A stretch of 64,000 bases of DNA from the NCBI GenBank assembly GCA_002269645.1, contig NIVC01001567.1:62001-126000 (forward strand), given 5' to 3'. Below, in pieces: positions 37,646-48,599 of this stretch. The notes under the pieces were generated by a model. That model was given only the letters and a program-made list of their open reading frames with translations, was not told the origin of the DNA and made no database searches. Numbering within the stretch: the stretch's first letter is position 1; every line of letters begins with the position of its first letter. The translations under genes were made by a program, and so were the position numbers. Source of the stretch: Macrostomum lignano (taxonomy: Eukaryota).

Positions 37646-37821
37646 CTCCTGCTCAGCACTGCCGGCTTGCAACTAAGCACCACCAAGGCGTCTTCTGCTC
37701 AGCGCTGCCAGCTCACAATCAAGCGCCATCAAGACTTCTGCTCAGCCCTGCCAGTTCGCAACCAAGCGCCATCGAGACTTCTGCTCAGCTCTGCCGGCTC
37801 GTGACTGAGCACCTGCCTGCC

Positions 37822-38035
37822 TGTGCCACGCCTGAGGTTCGGTCCGCAAGGCTGCGAGAGCCTGTGCCACGCCTGAGGTTCGGTCCGCAAGGCTGCGAGA
37901 GCCTGTGCCACGCCTGAGGTTCGGTCCGCAAGGCTGCGAGAGCCTGTGCCACGCCTGAGGTTCGGTCCGCAAGGCTGCGAGAGCCTGTGCCACGCCTGAG
38001 GTTCGGTCCGCAAGGCTGCGAGAGCCTGTGCCACG
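37822..38035. repeat. 41-bp tandem repeat (~5 units) in the Gypsy 5' leader
   Basis: Unit GCCTGTGCCACGCCTGAGGTTCGGTCCGCAAGGCTGCGAGA. Confidence 0.95.
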
Positions 38036-38395
38036 TCAGGGGCTGTCGTCGCTAGTCAGCGCTGGTCGTCGCCCTGAGCAACGCGCGCTGTCAACTGCGT
38101 TGAGCTCGAGCTTTCGCTCTGCCAAAATAGCTCCGCTGCGTGTGCCAAGCCACGCCAGGTTACGCTGTGCGCTAATTGTTTGTAGGGACTATTGCCTGAC
38201 AGATAGTCTGGGTGGTTTGCGTGATAGGACTTCCCCCTATTATAGGCTTTTTGTGGTTTGCCCCTGTCAGGCACGTATTTTTGTTAGTAGGACGCAATCT
38301 CTCTCGTCTCTCTCGCGTCATCAACCTCAATTCGTTTTCTCTGGAACCTTATTTTCGTTCACGCTTGGTTCATTCGTCTCGCTCAATCGTGCACA

Positions 38396-40792
38396 ATGTC
38401 CGACAACGGGGACAACCACGCCGCAGCGTCATTGGCTGACGGAGATGCCGTCGTGCCAGATCAGGACGCAGTCGATGCCGGCGAGCAGCCAGCAGGCGCA
38501 GCTGCTGCCGCCGCGCCAGCTCCTAGTGAGCAACTCTTGTTGACGCAAACCTTAGCCTCTCTTCACCGGATGCTCGAAGAGCGTCTCGCCGTTTCCTCGC
38601 CGTCAGCGCCAAATTCCTCGCCGCCTGCGAAGCCAGACATACGCCTTCGCCCTCCAATAGATTATCAGCCGAAGATGAACTTTGATACGTGGGAAGCTCA
38701 GCTTACCTCGTATCTAGCCACCTGCCGCGTTCCTGAGGACCAGAAGTCCGCCATTCTCGTATCTTTACTGTCAGCCGAATGCCAAGAGGTATATCTTAAT
38801 TACCGGTGTGAGCAGTTGCCTTTCGAATCTGCGCTTCGGTTGCTCATGGAAAGGTACACCGATGTTAAGAAGAAGGACAAGGCCTACGTAGAATTAGTTG
38901 CTGCCGCCCAATCTCATAATGAGCAAATGTCTGACTTCTTTGACAGACTGGTCTCTTATTCAAGACTAGCGGGCCTCTCGCTCGCTAAAGCGAAGCCCCT
39001 ACTCAAGGCCAGATTCTGCCATGGGCTGAGGGATAAGGACCTCGCCGAAAAGCTCCTCTTATGGGATCAGGAAACCGACAGTGCCACCTCTGCAGAAGAG
39101 CTGATGCAGAAGGCCAAAGATCTTGTCGGGGTCCGCCAGCTTCTGAATGTGCCTTCTACTATAGCCAAGGTTTGTGCCATAGAACCTGACGCTGAGAAGA
39201 AAGCGTTAGAACAGAGGGTCGCCGAGCTTGAGAAGATGGTGACCGACCAGGCCAATAGATTAAGCCAGACCGCTCCGCCTGTCACAACCAATCAGGGGCC
39301 CGCTCGCACAGAGCGCACTGGGGGCCCACCACAAGTTAGCCAAACCTATAGACAACCTAGGCCAGCTCCTCGCCCTCCGCGGGCTTGCCATCGATGCGGC
39401 CAGACCGATCACCTGATCTCTGACTGTCCATCGCCCTCGCCGAGACCACAGTCGCCAAAGCAGCCCCGGGGGAGCCAGAATCAGCAGCCCAGCCGTGGAA
39501 AAGTCACGACTGAACTAGGAACCATTGCCACATGGTCTCAGAATTACGGGTTCATCCAATCTGAACACCTGCCAGAGAAATTGTTCGTTCACATTAGCCA
39601 ACTGTCTCCCAGCCTGCGTAGCCTAGTCGAGCAGCACCGCCTTAGGGGGACTAGGGTGAAATTCCAGCGCCAGGTCGACCCCGGGCGCCAGCACGACAAG
39701 GCCTGTAATGTGCAACCTCAGCCAGGGGACAGTGATCCACAATGCAGACAAGGGGGGTACACGGCTGACACCTTTGAGTCTAGCTATTTCGTGCAGCTAG
39801 GAGTAGGAGACTCTAAAGTTCTGGCTTGTCTAGACTCAGGCGCCAATGCCAGCATCATGGGTGCTGACGTGAATACCAGACTGGTCGCAGCTGACCCCGT
39901 CAACAACATATTCACGCCTAGTGCCAATAAGCAGCGTGCCACCGCCTTCGGCGGCTCTCAGGTAGACATCCTAGGATCGCTACGCTGCGAAATCAACTTA
40001 GGTAATACGACTAAACAGCATTTATTCCTAGTCACTACTTACTGTACCACGGAAGCCCTGTTAGGCATGGATTTCCTACGCAGCTTCGAGATGCTGCTGG
40101 ACTTCAACTCTGGCCGAGCTTTAGTAGCAGGGGTGTCAGTGCCAGTCATTGAGGGGGACAAGGGAATTTTTCAACTCCGACGTGTGATGGCCGCCGGCAC
40201 CGTAGAGTTGCCCCCGCACTCGGAAACCTTGATTCCCAGCCGTGTTCTCGACTCTTCGCCGTACACCTCCGGTATCGTCATGTCTCGGATCCTCGGACCA
40301 GAGCCCGAGCAGTTGGTAGCCAAGACTCTAGACTCAGTCAGCGATACTAACCACATTTTAGTGCGCGTGCTCAACAGTGGGGAACAGCCTATTCAGATAA
40401 CTAGGGGACAAGAAATTGCCTCATTCCAGGAATTAGATAGTCATGAAGTCGTAGCTCAGACGACCCTGAAGGAGTCTGACTTCAGCCTGGACAATGTAGC
40501 TAATCTCACAAGCCAACTCAGCAAGCTGCCGCCGCCTAGTAGAGAGTTAGCCAAATGGCTGACAACGCAGTTTCAACTAGACCAAGCTAAGTTGTCTAGG
40601 GCTCAACTCACCACCGTATTGAAACTGCTCAACTACTTCAATAGCCAAATCTCTAGGTCAAACACAGACTTAGGCCACACCACATTACACGAGATGGGCA
40701 TAGAATTAATAGATCCCAAGGCCAAGCCTGTTGCGCAACCATACAGGCGCACTACGCCAGCACAAAAGGACAAGCCTGGACAATGTCAATAA
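38396..40792 (+). CDS. Gypsy Gag-protease ORF: capsid region, CCHC knuckle, cold-shock domain, aspartic protease
   Basis: CHRCGQTDHLISDC (39386-39427); GTIATWSQNYGFIQ...LFVHISQL...GTRVKF....ACNV (39510-39720); LACLDSGANASIM (DSG at 39833). Confidence 0.88.
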   Translation: MSDNGDNHAAASLADGDAVVPDQDAVDAGEQPAGAAAAAAPAPSEQLLLTQTLASLHRMLEERLAVSSPSAPNSSPPAKPDIRLRPPIDYQPKMNFDTWEAQLTSYLATCRVPEDQKSAILVSLLSAECQEVYLNYRCEQLPFESALRLLMERYTDVKKKDKAYVELVAAAQSHNEQMSDFFDRLVSYSRLAGLSLAKAKPLLKARFCHGLRDKDLAEKLLLWDQETDSATSAEELMQKAKDLVGVRQLLNVPSTIAKVCAIEPDAEKKALEQRVAELEKMVTDQANRLSQTAPPVTTNQGPARTERTGGPPQVSQTYRQPRPAPRPPRACHRCGQTDHLISDCPSPSPRPQSPKQPRGSQNQQPSRGKVTTELGTIATWSQNYGFIQSEHLPEKLFVHISQLSPSLRSLVEQHRLRGTRVKFQRQVDPGRQHDKACNVQPQPGDSDPQCRQGGYTADTFESSYFVQLGVGDSKVLACLDSGANASIMGADVNTRLVAADPVNNIFTPSANKQRATAFGGSQVDILGSLRCEINLGNTTKQHLFLVTTYCTTEALLGMDFLRSFEMLLDFNSGRALVAGVSVPVIEGDKGIFQLRRVMAAGTVELPPHSETLIPSRVLDSSPYTSGIVMSRILGPEPEQLVAKTLDSVSDTNHILVRVLNSGEQPIQITRGQEIASFQELDSHEVVAQTTLKESDFSLDNVANLTSQLSKLPPPSRELAKWLTTQFQLDQAKLSRAQLTTVLKLLNYFNSQISRSNTDLGHTTLHEMGIELIDPKAKPVAQPYRRTTPAQKDKPGQCQ

Positions 40793-43062
40793 GCTCAATA
40801 AGCTCATTAAGCCGTGTAGCTTCCCTCTGCCACTCATCGAAGAATCTTTTGACAGCCTTGCTGGGGCCACTGTATTTTCTAGCCTAGATCTGACCTCTGC
40901 GTACTGGCAGGTAGGGATTAAAGAGGAGACTAGGGACTACACCGCCTTTGCCTGCCCCCAGGGCACTTTCCGCTGGAAGGTAGTACCATTTGGGATCAAG
41001 ACAGCGCCTGCCAATTTTGCGAAACTAATGCACAAAGTGTTTAGGCCTCTCCTGATGAAGGTCAGCCTCATCTATCTAGATGACATCATCATTAAGGCTG
41101 TCAACAATGACCAAATGATCGCGCATCTCGCGCTGGTCCTCTGGCAGCTTAGAAAAGCCGGTCTCAAAATTAAGCCGTCTAAGTGTGAGTTGTTCAAGGA
41201 CAAGGTTGCCTTCCTGGGGTTCGTTGTGTCTAGCCGGGGCATTGAGGCTGACCCAGCGAAGACCCAGGCTGTCCAAGAGTGGCCTAAACCGCTTTCTAAG
41301 AAACAGCTCTTATCCTTCTTAGGATTCGCGAATTACTACCGGAAATTCGTGCCGCGATTCTTAATCATCGCCACGCCTTTGTATGCCTTAGCCAAAAAGG
41401 ATGCTCCGTTTCTATGGCAACCGCATCATGAACGGGCTTTCCAAGAACTCAAACATAGTCTCTGTTCACCACCAATTCTGGCGTATCCAGACCTCTCTGC
41501 CAAGGGGCGCGAATTTATCTTGGACTGCGATAGCTCGCTTGACGGCACAGGGGGTGTGCTGTACCAGCTCGGGCCAGATGGCCAAGAGCAAGTCATAGCT
41601 TACGCATCCAAAAAATTCAACAGTAGCCAGAGAAACTACTGCGCCACCATGAGGGAGTTGCTAGGGCTCGTTCTGATGCTCGAGCACTTCCGTCCTTATC
41701 TATTAGACAAGCCTTTCACTGTCCGGGTGGACGCGACCGCGCTCAAATGGCTGCATTCTAAGAAGCATGCCACTGGTATGCTGGCCCAATGGCTTGCCAC
41801 CATTGAACTGTACCCGCTGAAGGTCCAGCAGTCCACTCTAGAACGAATAGCCGAATACGATTTCACAGTCCAGTACCGTCCAGGCGTTGACCACGTGCCT
41901 GCTGACGCTCTTAGCAGACTGCCAAAATTCAGAGCCGATCACTTTGACTGCCCGACGTGCAGCCAGATTCCAGAATTTAAGGGGAAATTCCTGGACCAAG
42001 ACCCAAAGCACCGGCGTACGCCCCACCCCCCTAGGGAACTGCGTCAGGTGTGCGTCCAGACCATAGGCATTAGCGTCGCGTGTCAGACTGACACGGATGC
42101 CCCGGCTGAAACAACGCCAAATGTCCGTGCTACTGCTAGCGGTGCTGTTCCTAGTCCAGAGACCGAATCCCGTCAGCCTGAACCCGAATCCCAAGTGCCA
42201 CCTGAGCTCATCTGGGCCCAGAATGCCCAGGACTCATGTGTTGACATGGCGCGCTTAATCGCCAGTGTCCAGGGTAATGCTGAGCCATTGTCCAAGGCCG
42301 AACTACAGGGTTGTAGCCGGGAAATGCGCTCACTCTGGGCTCAATTCAATGACCTTGAAGTAGTCGAGGGCCTATTGTACTTAGCCAAATCTTCCAAAGC
42401 CAAGACTGCCAACAGGCGCCTGGTGGTGCCTGAGACCGCAGACGTCAGTCATCTGGTCCTCCAGTATCATGGCCAGTTGAACCATTGCGGTATCACCAAG
42501 ACGATGGCCGCCCTGAAGGCGCGCTTCGTTATTTCCGACTTAGACACTATAGTCAAGGGGGTCCTGGCCGAATGCACCGTTTGCGCTAAGACTAAGAAGT
42601 CGAAGCGTAAGCTCAAGGCCCCTATGCAACCAGAACTGTCCGGCTACCCGAACCAGGTTGTCCACGTGGACCACGCAGGCCCGTTCGAAGAGTGTGACGG
42701 GTACAAGTACCTGCTGGTTATGATTGACCGGTTCACCGGGTTTGTCGAAGTAGTCCCTGTTTCCGACGTCAGCGCAGAGACCACTGCCACAACCATCCTG
42801 ACTGAATGGGTTGCCAGGTATGGGGTGATGGAGCAGTTGGTGTCTGATAACGGAACTGCCTTCATCAATAGTACCATGGTAGAATTAACTAGGCTCCTGC
42901 AGATTGACATGGGTCGGATCACAGCCCGTCGCCCTCAGGCTAACGGTAAAGCTGAGAGGATGATCCAGACGGCGAAAGCCCAGATTAGAGCCATCTGTCT
43001 TGAAAGACAATGCGACTGGCCCCTTGCCAGCCGCCTGGCCGCCATGTCAATCCGTGCCACAT
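40731..43062 (+). CDS. Gypsy Pol (RT, RNase H, integrase), with an apparent deletion/frameshift at the RT N-terminus and a truncated integrase
   Basis: FSSLDLTSAYWQ, PFGIKTAPA, YLDDII, LDCDSS, RELLGL, HCG...CTVC, VHVDHAGP, VSDNGTAF, QANGKAERM. The order is RT-RH-IN. The sequence switches to unrelated AT-rich DNA after ~43062. Confidence 0.92.
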
Positions 43063-43356
43063 CCGTGAATCTCTTGTTTAGGTGTTACAGTATCCTTTAT
43101 CTTTTTGTCTGCTGTGGCTACACTACCAGCCGCTTCGGCAACGTTCTTGATGTTCTCTTTGTTCTCTCCAATGACCTTAAAAATCTTGGCCCCCTGAGCG
43201 ATCAAATCGGCAAGGCCATTCCCAGAGCGTTCTTTTCTTGGATAGTGGCCTGCAGGGAAAAGTCCAGATCCACGTTTAATGAGATTAAGTTCCTCTTTGT
43301 CATAGTATTTGTCAATGTCTTTTTCGAAAATAAGAGGCATTTTTACTTGAAATAAA

Positions 43357-44941
43357 TTATTTTTTGTTGAACCGCGAAAGCAGAAGCTCTCTCGCCCTCT
43401 TATCCATGTATTTTCTCTCAAGCATTTTGTCCAGGATGTTGACAAATTCTTTTCTATTTTCATCTTTCATCCCGGTCTTTGCTGCACCTAGAAGAACCGC
43501 TACTCGCTTGTAGATTTCAGAAATTCCTTTTCCAGTTGAGGGCGGTTGGTCTTGAGGTTGTGGAGTTGGTTGGGCTTGTAGCTGCTGGGGAGGTGATGCA
43601 AAAGACTGCTCACTTTCAGAGATGGAACTGTCATGTGGTGCCTGTCTTTGTTGAGGTGTGAAAACTCTTTGATTAATTCTATTCATTCGATCTGGGGAGA
43701 TATTTTCTAGTTGTTGCCAGGCATCTGGGTGATCATTTTTATATTTAGCTACTTGAGTCGGATCTGCATTTTCCAGTTGCCTGAGTACTTCTGTAAAATG
43801 TTGTTGCTGTGGTTGTGGTTGTTGTTAGGGGGGCCGTAGCTCAGCGGTAGTGCAGCTGCTCTGGTGTGCCGCGACCCAGGCTCGATTCCAAGTGCAGTCA
43901 CATTAATTTGGGGCTGAATTGGAATCTCGGCTTGGCTCTGCTTGTGCAATTAACGGCCTTGAGAGCCAACCCCCCAAGGCGCAGTGAAGTGTACATGCCT
44001 AACAATTGATAAAGTTAGGGCCGCTGTACACTCCTGTGTGAGAGTGTGCCTGCGTAACGTATCCGCGCGCTTGTATGCCTGCTCAGGGGAGTCGGCGGAA
44101 TGGGCAGTAATGCCTCTCGCCGGTTGTGCCTATGTCGCTTAAAGTGCGCCAGGGTGTACACAACCCCCCTGCCTCTAAAAAAATGTGGTTGTTGTTGCTG
44201 TTGTTGTGGTTGCTGCTGTGGTTGTTGTTGTGGTTTTGGTTGTTGTCTTATGACCTCTTCTTGATCCGGCAAACCAAACCATTGTTTAAAGTATTTGTAT
44301 TTTCTAAACCTGTTCAAGACAATCCCGTTTTCATGTAAAATTTTCAAAACACCGTTGTTCTTGAGCATATTTATGTCCCTATCGAGAGCAAAGGTAACAA
44401 GATCTTTGTAATTTTTGAGCTGCTTTTCAGACGCTTTCTCTAGATTTTTAGTCATGTAATCAAGTAAAGTTTTAGTGAACTGGATTCTTTTTGTTTTTAC
44501 GCCTTTATTGATTGAAATATTTTCCTTTGTCACTTCAATGTTGTATTCCAACGGTTCACCGGTAATATTTTTTCGCCAGGCGCTAATTCCAAAAATATAT
44601 TTTCCATCATCCACTACGGGGCCAAAAAAGTTATCCGTCACTTTCATCTGCACCGGTTGTGCTTCTGGTTGTCCTGGTTCCTGAGCCTGTGGTTGTCCTG
44701 GTGAAGATGGGATTTTACCCAATGTGTTTTGCAACTGGCTCTCTTGAATATCATCAACTGCTTCCTTCACAGTGTCGATGTTTTTCTTCGCTTCTGTATA
44801 TCCGGCTTTATGAAACTCTGTGGCTGCTTGGACAAACTCATTGTAGGATTGTTGCTCCTTATTTATTAGCCCGGTAACTCGTTTCTCTGCTTGTGCTAGC
44901 TTCTCCAATTCAGATATCTGCTGTGTACTTTTTCGCTTCAT
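43357..44941 (-). pseudogene. Polinton-type accessory ORF (coiled-coil, Gln-rich linker, C-terminal helical motif), split by a SINE
   Basis: MKRKSTQQ...LKNYKDLV...KYKYFKQWFG, polyQ/P on both sides of the SINE, then GKGISEIYKRVAVLLGAAKTG...KEFVNILDKMLERKY, resembling C-termini of Polinton ORFs (recognition from memory). Confidence 0.55.
43828..44175 (+). mobile_element. tRNA-derived SINE, copy 2
   Basis: A box TAGCTCAGCGG, B box GGCTCGATTCC, body shared with 1836-1989. It interrupts a (GTT/GCT)-rich polyQ tract. The 3' boundary is approximate. Confidence 0.78.
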
Positions 44942-44971
44942 TTCTTATTTTATTTTATTTTTAGTTAAAAA

Positions 44972-46102
44972 ATGAACGACCCACTGACACCAGTTTTCTA
45001 CAAAATTAACAAGCCTATTTTGAGTGATGATAGCACAATCAAAGTGACTCAGGTAAGAGTTCCCAGTCAGGAAAATCAGAATGAAACTAATTTGGGTCCA
45101 GGTCAAACGCTGACATTCACATACAACGGATGTTCGTCTTTGGTCAGTGTCCACCGTCTAAGGAGCGGCTTCTATATGATGTATCAATTCAAAACTAAAG
45201 GAGGCGCAGACGCCGCTCATGCTAATGATGATCTACACAATGTGGATGTCGCACTAACCAGTAATTTCTGGGCTTATATGTTCAAAGAGTTTAATGTGTC
45301 CAATGGAAGTACAGAATTGGAAAGAATAGCAAACTTTGGTGTGGTCTATGATACCCAATGCTTGATTGAGAACCCGGATTTTATTCAGATGGGGAGCGGT
45401 GCTGGATTCATCCCCAATGAACAGACAGGAGATGAGAATGACCCTGGTTACAAAAAGAGAAAGGAGAGATACAACTATGCTCTTGCTGGTGAGAACGATG
45501 CTGCTAAGAATCCGCTGTTTAGGTCTGTAGATATTTTGTACCTTTGAGGTTTATGAGTGGTTTCTGTATTAGTTTCAATCGGTTGACAAGCAACAAGCTA
45601 CACATTTAGACTGACTAGAGATGATCGGAACAGAGGAATTTGGTCGGGGGCCAATCATACATCGATGGAGATTAAGCTAACTGGTGTGGAGCTGTATTTA
45701 GAAATTATTGAGCCCAAGACTGTACTCAAAGCTGAATACTTGAAGGCGATTGAGAAAGACATTGATGTTGCTTATACAGCTTATATGTGCAGAGATGAGC
45801 GGAATGACGCAAGACACAATATTTGCATTAAAGAAGGCTCCTGTAGCAATCCAAGGTACATTATCGTCACTATGAGGAGTACGACTAATGTAGGTAGATA
45901 TCTACATGGAAACGTTCGATCGATTCAACATGAGATCAGTGACAATTTATACTCTGCATTGCCACAAAATGGGAATTTCTCGGAGAACAAGATTAGTAAG
46001 TTTTACAATGAACTGTCGGACCTGGCTGTCAAAGAGAATAACGGTATTGTTTTGACAACCTTGCAGTATAAAAACTATATCCAATATTTGGTGCTGATGT
46101 GA
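44972..46102 (+). pseudogene. Double jelly-roll major capsid protein (Polinton-like), frameshifted
   Basis: VALTSNFWAYMFKEFNVSNGSTELERIANFGVVYDTQ resembles the Polinton MCP 'L.NN....LF..IRY..NG.EID' block. It continues in 45665-46102 (IKLTGVELYL...PRYIIV). Confidence 0.72.
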
Positions 46103-46284
46103 CTGCTAGACAAATGCCTACAGACAATAGCCCTGTTAACATTGTTACTAATATCGAGCGGAAAGAATTTGGTGCCGCAACGGCTGTTGATCTGTTTATT
46201 ATCTATGCATTTGAGAGGAAAATCAAGGTCAATATGATTAATAACTCGTCTAGTAAAGTTTGAATAATTTTTTTTCAATAAAAA

Positions 46285-47142
46285 ATGGAAGCCATAGCCG
46301 AAAGACTAAACAACATTGTTTCACACTCTAAGGAGAGCATTCCAATCACTGTAGCGGGTCGCATTACTGAGTCAAACGGAATCTTCATTCAAAAATTAGA
46401 GCAACCACTTCGTTTGGATCCCGAGGCGAATTACCACGTCTATCTCAATGATTTCACTGGGTGGTCAAATGTTCCCAATGTGACAGCGGAAAATAACAAG
46501 TTTTATTACAAATGGAAGCGTACTACAACAGAGGTTGTGATATTTCCTGTCAGCACACAGAGCGTGGATACTTATAATTACTTCTTGGAGAACGTCTTCA
46601 CTAAACGAAAGCATTTTGAGATACCGGATGAGAGCAAACCAGAAAATTAACTGTTCCCTGTTAGATTAACTTATGATCTAACTGTCATGAGAGTTGTCTT
46701 GCAAGTTCATAAGGACGCAGAGGTAGAGTTTAAAGATGGCACTTGGTATCGCGAGTTGGGATTTGAAAAGAGAGTTTATGGTGGCGCCACAGACCAAAGC
46801 CCACCGCAGGCGCCTGGCACTGTTGCTGTGTCCCGGCTAATATCCGGTATGTACTTGGCGCCAAATATCGCTGACATTGTCAAAGGCTTGAATATATTAA
46901 TTCGCAGCAATCTGAGCCATGATTGGATATTCAAGGGCAAACGAACCAACATACTTTTTAACATTTCAAACTCTGTTGCTGGTGGCAAAATGCTTGTGCA
47001 AAAGCCAAACCCCGTGAAAAGAGTGATTCTGAGTAATAGAGAGATACATGAAATCGTTCTGCAGTTTGAAACAGAGGATGGAGTTGGTGTCGATTTTAAC
47101 GGAGAAGAGTTTGTGCTAACAATTATTATTGAGAGAATGTGA
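46285..47142 (+). pseudogene. Minor capsid (penton-like) protein, with a premature stop at 46650
   Basis: SNVPNVTAENNKFYY...LGFE...IRSNL...FKGKRTNILF...KMLVQKPNP...IHEIVLQFETEDGVGVDFNGEEFVLTIII, a typical Polinton penton pattern. Confidence 0.78.
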
Positions 47143-47599
47143 GTCGTCTTCAGACTTGTAAAATTACGATATAAGCCACCAGGTACAACCTTGTAGTTGG
47201 CTAATACAACGGCCTTATAATTTCAGCAAAGTTATAATAGCTGTCGTAATCTTTTACTTAGTTTACTCCATACTTATGAAACCAGTGTCTTTGGAGAGCT
47301 AGATTAATATTAGGGACATTGATATCAACGCCGGGCCAATATTTTCTCATGTACTCGCTGCATTCTAGTTTGCATTGGTACTTACTCTTGTAATTAGGCT
47401 CGTGCGTTTTGTAATAAGAACCTGAAGAGACAACTGGAAACATTTTTATTGAAAATTTAATTTTTTTTTCAAAGGGTAAGGACCCTGGGTTAGGGGATTT
47501 AAAGTCTTTGGGATGCGTTGCGAATTGCGAATTGAATGTGTGGAGAAGAATACAGATTATTTTCTGATTGTTTCGAAGATGCTATGGGTGGATGTTAGT

Positions 47600-48020
47600 G
47601 GATTATGTCAGTGTCAGTGAGCATAACAGGTGTTAGTCGACACCTGTTATGCTCTGATTCTGTCAGGGATAAAATGGAAGGATTTAGGAGGATTATGTTC
47701 GAAGTTTTCGGAGCAAGTGCGGCTCTTTTTTCAGATTCAGGGATAATATGGATGGATTTAGGAGGATTATGTTCGAAGTTTCGGAGCAAGTAGGACACCT
47801 GTTATGCTCTGATTCTGTCAGGCATAATATGGATAGATTTAATGGGATTATGGAGGACGTTTTGTGAGCGAGTGCGACCCCCTTTTTTTCTGATTCTGTC
47901 AGGGATAATATGGATGGATTTAATGGGATTATGTTCGAAGTTTTTGGAGTAAGTGCGACCCCCCTTTTTTCTGATTCTGTCGGGGATAATATGGATGGAT
48001 TTAATGGGATTAGGAGGACG
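47600..48020. repeat. Imperfect ~70-bp tandem repeats
   Basis: Recurrent CTGATTCTGTCAGGGATAATATGGATGGATTTA...GATTATGTTCGAAGTTTT. Confidence 0.85.
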
Positions 48021-48599
48021 TGAAAAATTTTGTCCCAAAAGCCCCCTCATGCCTTCTACTTGTAGGACTTGTGCACTTGAAGTTATTATACTCGTTAGAT
48101 GAGTAAGCAACGTAGCTCTGCGTTTGAAATAAAGAATAAAATGCATCGATCAATTCGGCGACAGCTCTGAAACTTTTCTGTTGTGCCTCACGCTGCAAGT
48201 TTATCAGTTTCTAATTTCTACATTCATCAAAATAAATTTTTACTGTCGGCTAATATTATTTCTTTTAATTTCATTTTCACTTCTTTTCATTTAATTTTCA
48301 TTTTTTTTCTTTCAATTTCTCGTTTCGTTTCATCTTTCTCCAATGAATTACTTCTTCCCTGGCTTCTCTCCAGTAGTTCTAAGTTAAAGTTCTCAGAGTT
48401 ACTTTGAAAAAGTTTAGAGTTTTGTTTTGTTATCAGCGTTATAACCGTTCCATTCTAAAAACTTTCGGAGTGACCCTCGTACCCATCGATGTTTTTTTCC
48501 ACACCCCTATCCAATTTGGCCGTATCCATACAACTGCCAACTGCAACTGCAACTGCAACAGAGCCAACAGCAGCGGCACGACGGGCAACACAAAGGATC

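Larger units (their letters stand above)
43063..47443. mobile_element. Polinton/Maverick (adintovirus-like) structural-gene fragment; no pPolB, integrase or ATPase visible
   Basis: Compact, intronless, AT-rich divergent ORFs including recognisable major and minor capsid genes. Confidence 0.75.

Noticed and set aside
43063-43355. C-terminus of the annotated Pol ORF (VNLLFRC...HFYLK)
   Set aside because: It is read-through into the antisense strand of Polinton DNA after the integrase truncation.
43828-43905. A genuine tRNA gene
   Set aside because: It has A and B boxes but no convincing cloverleaf or acceptor stem, and it continues into a repeated SINE body.
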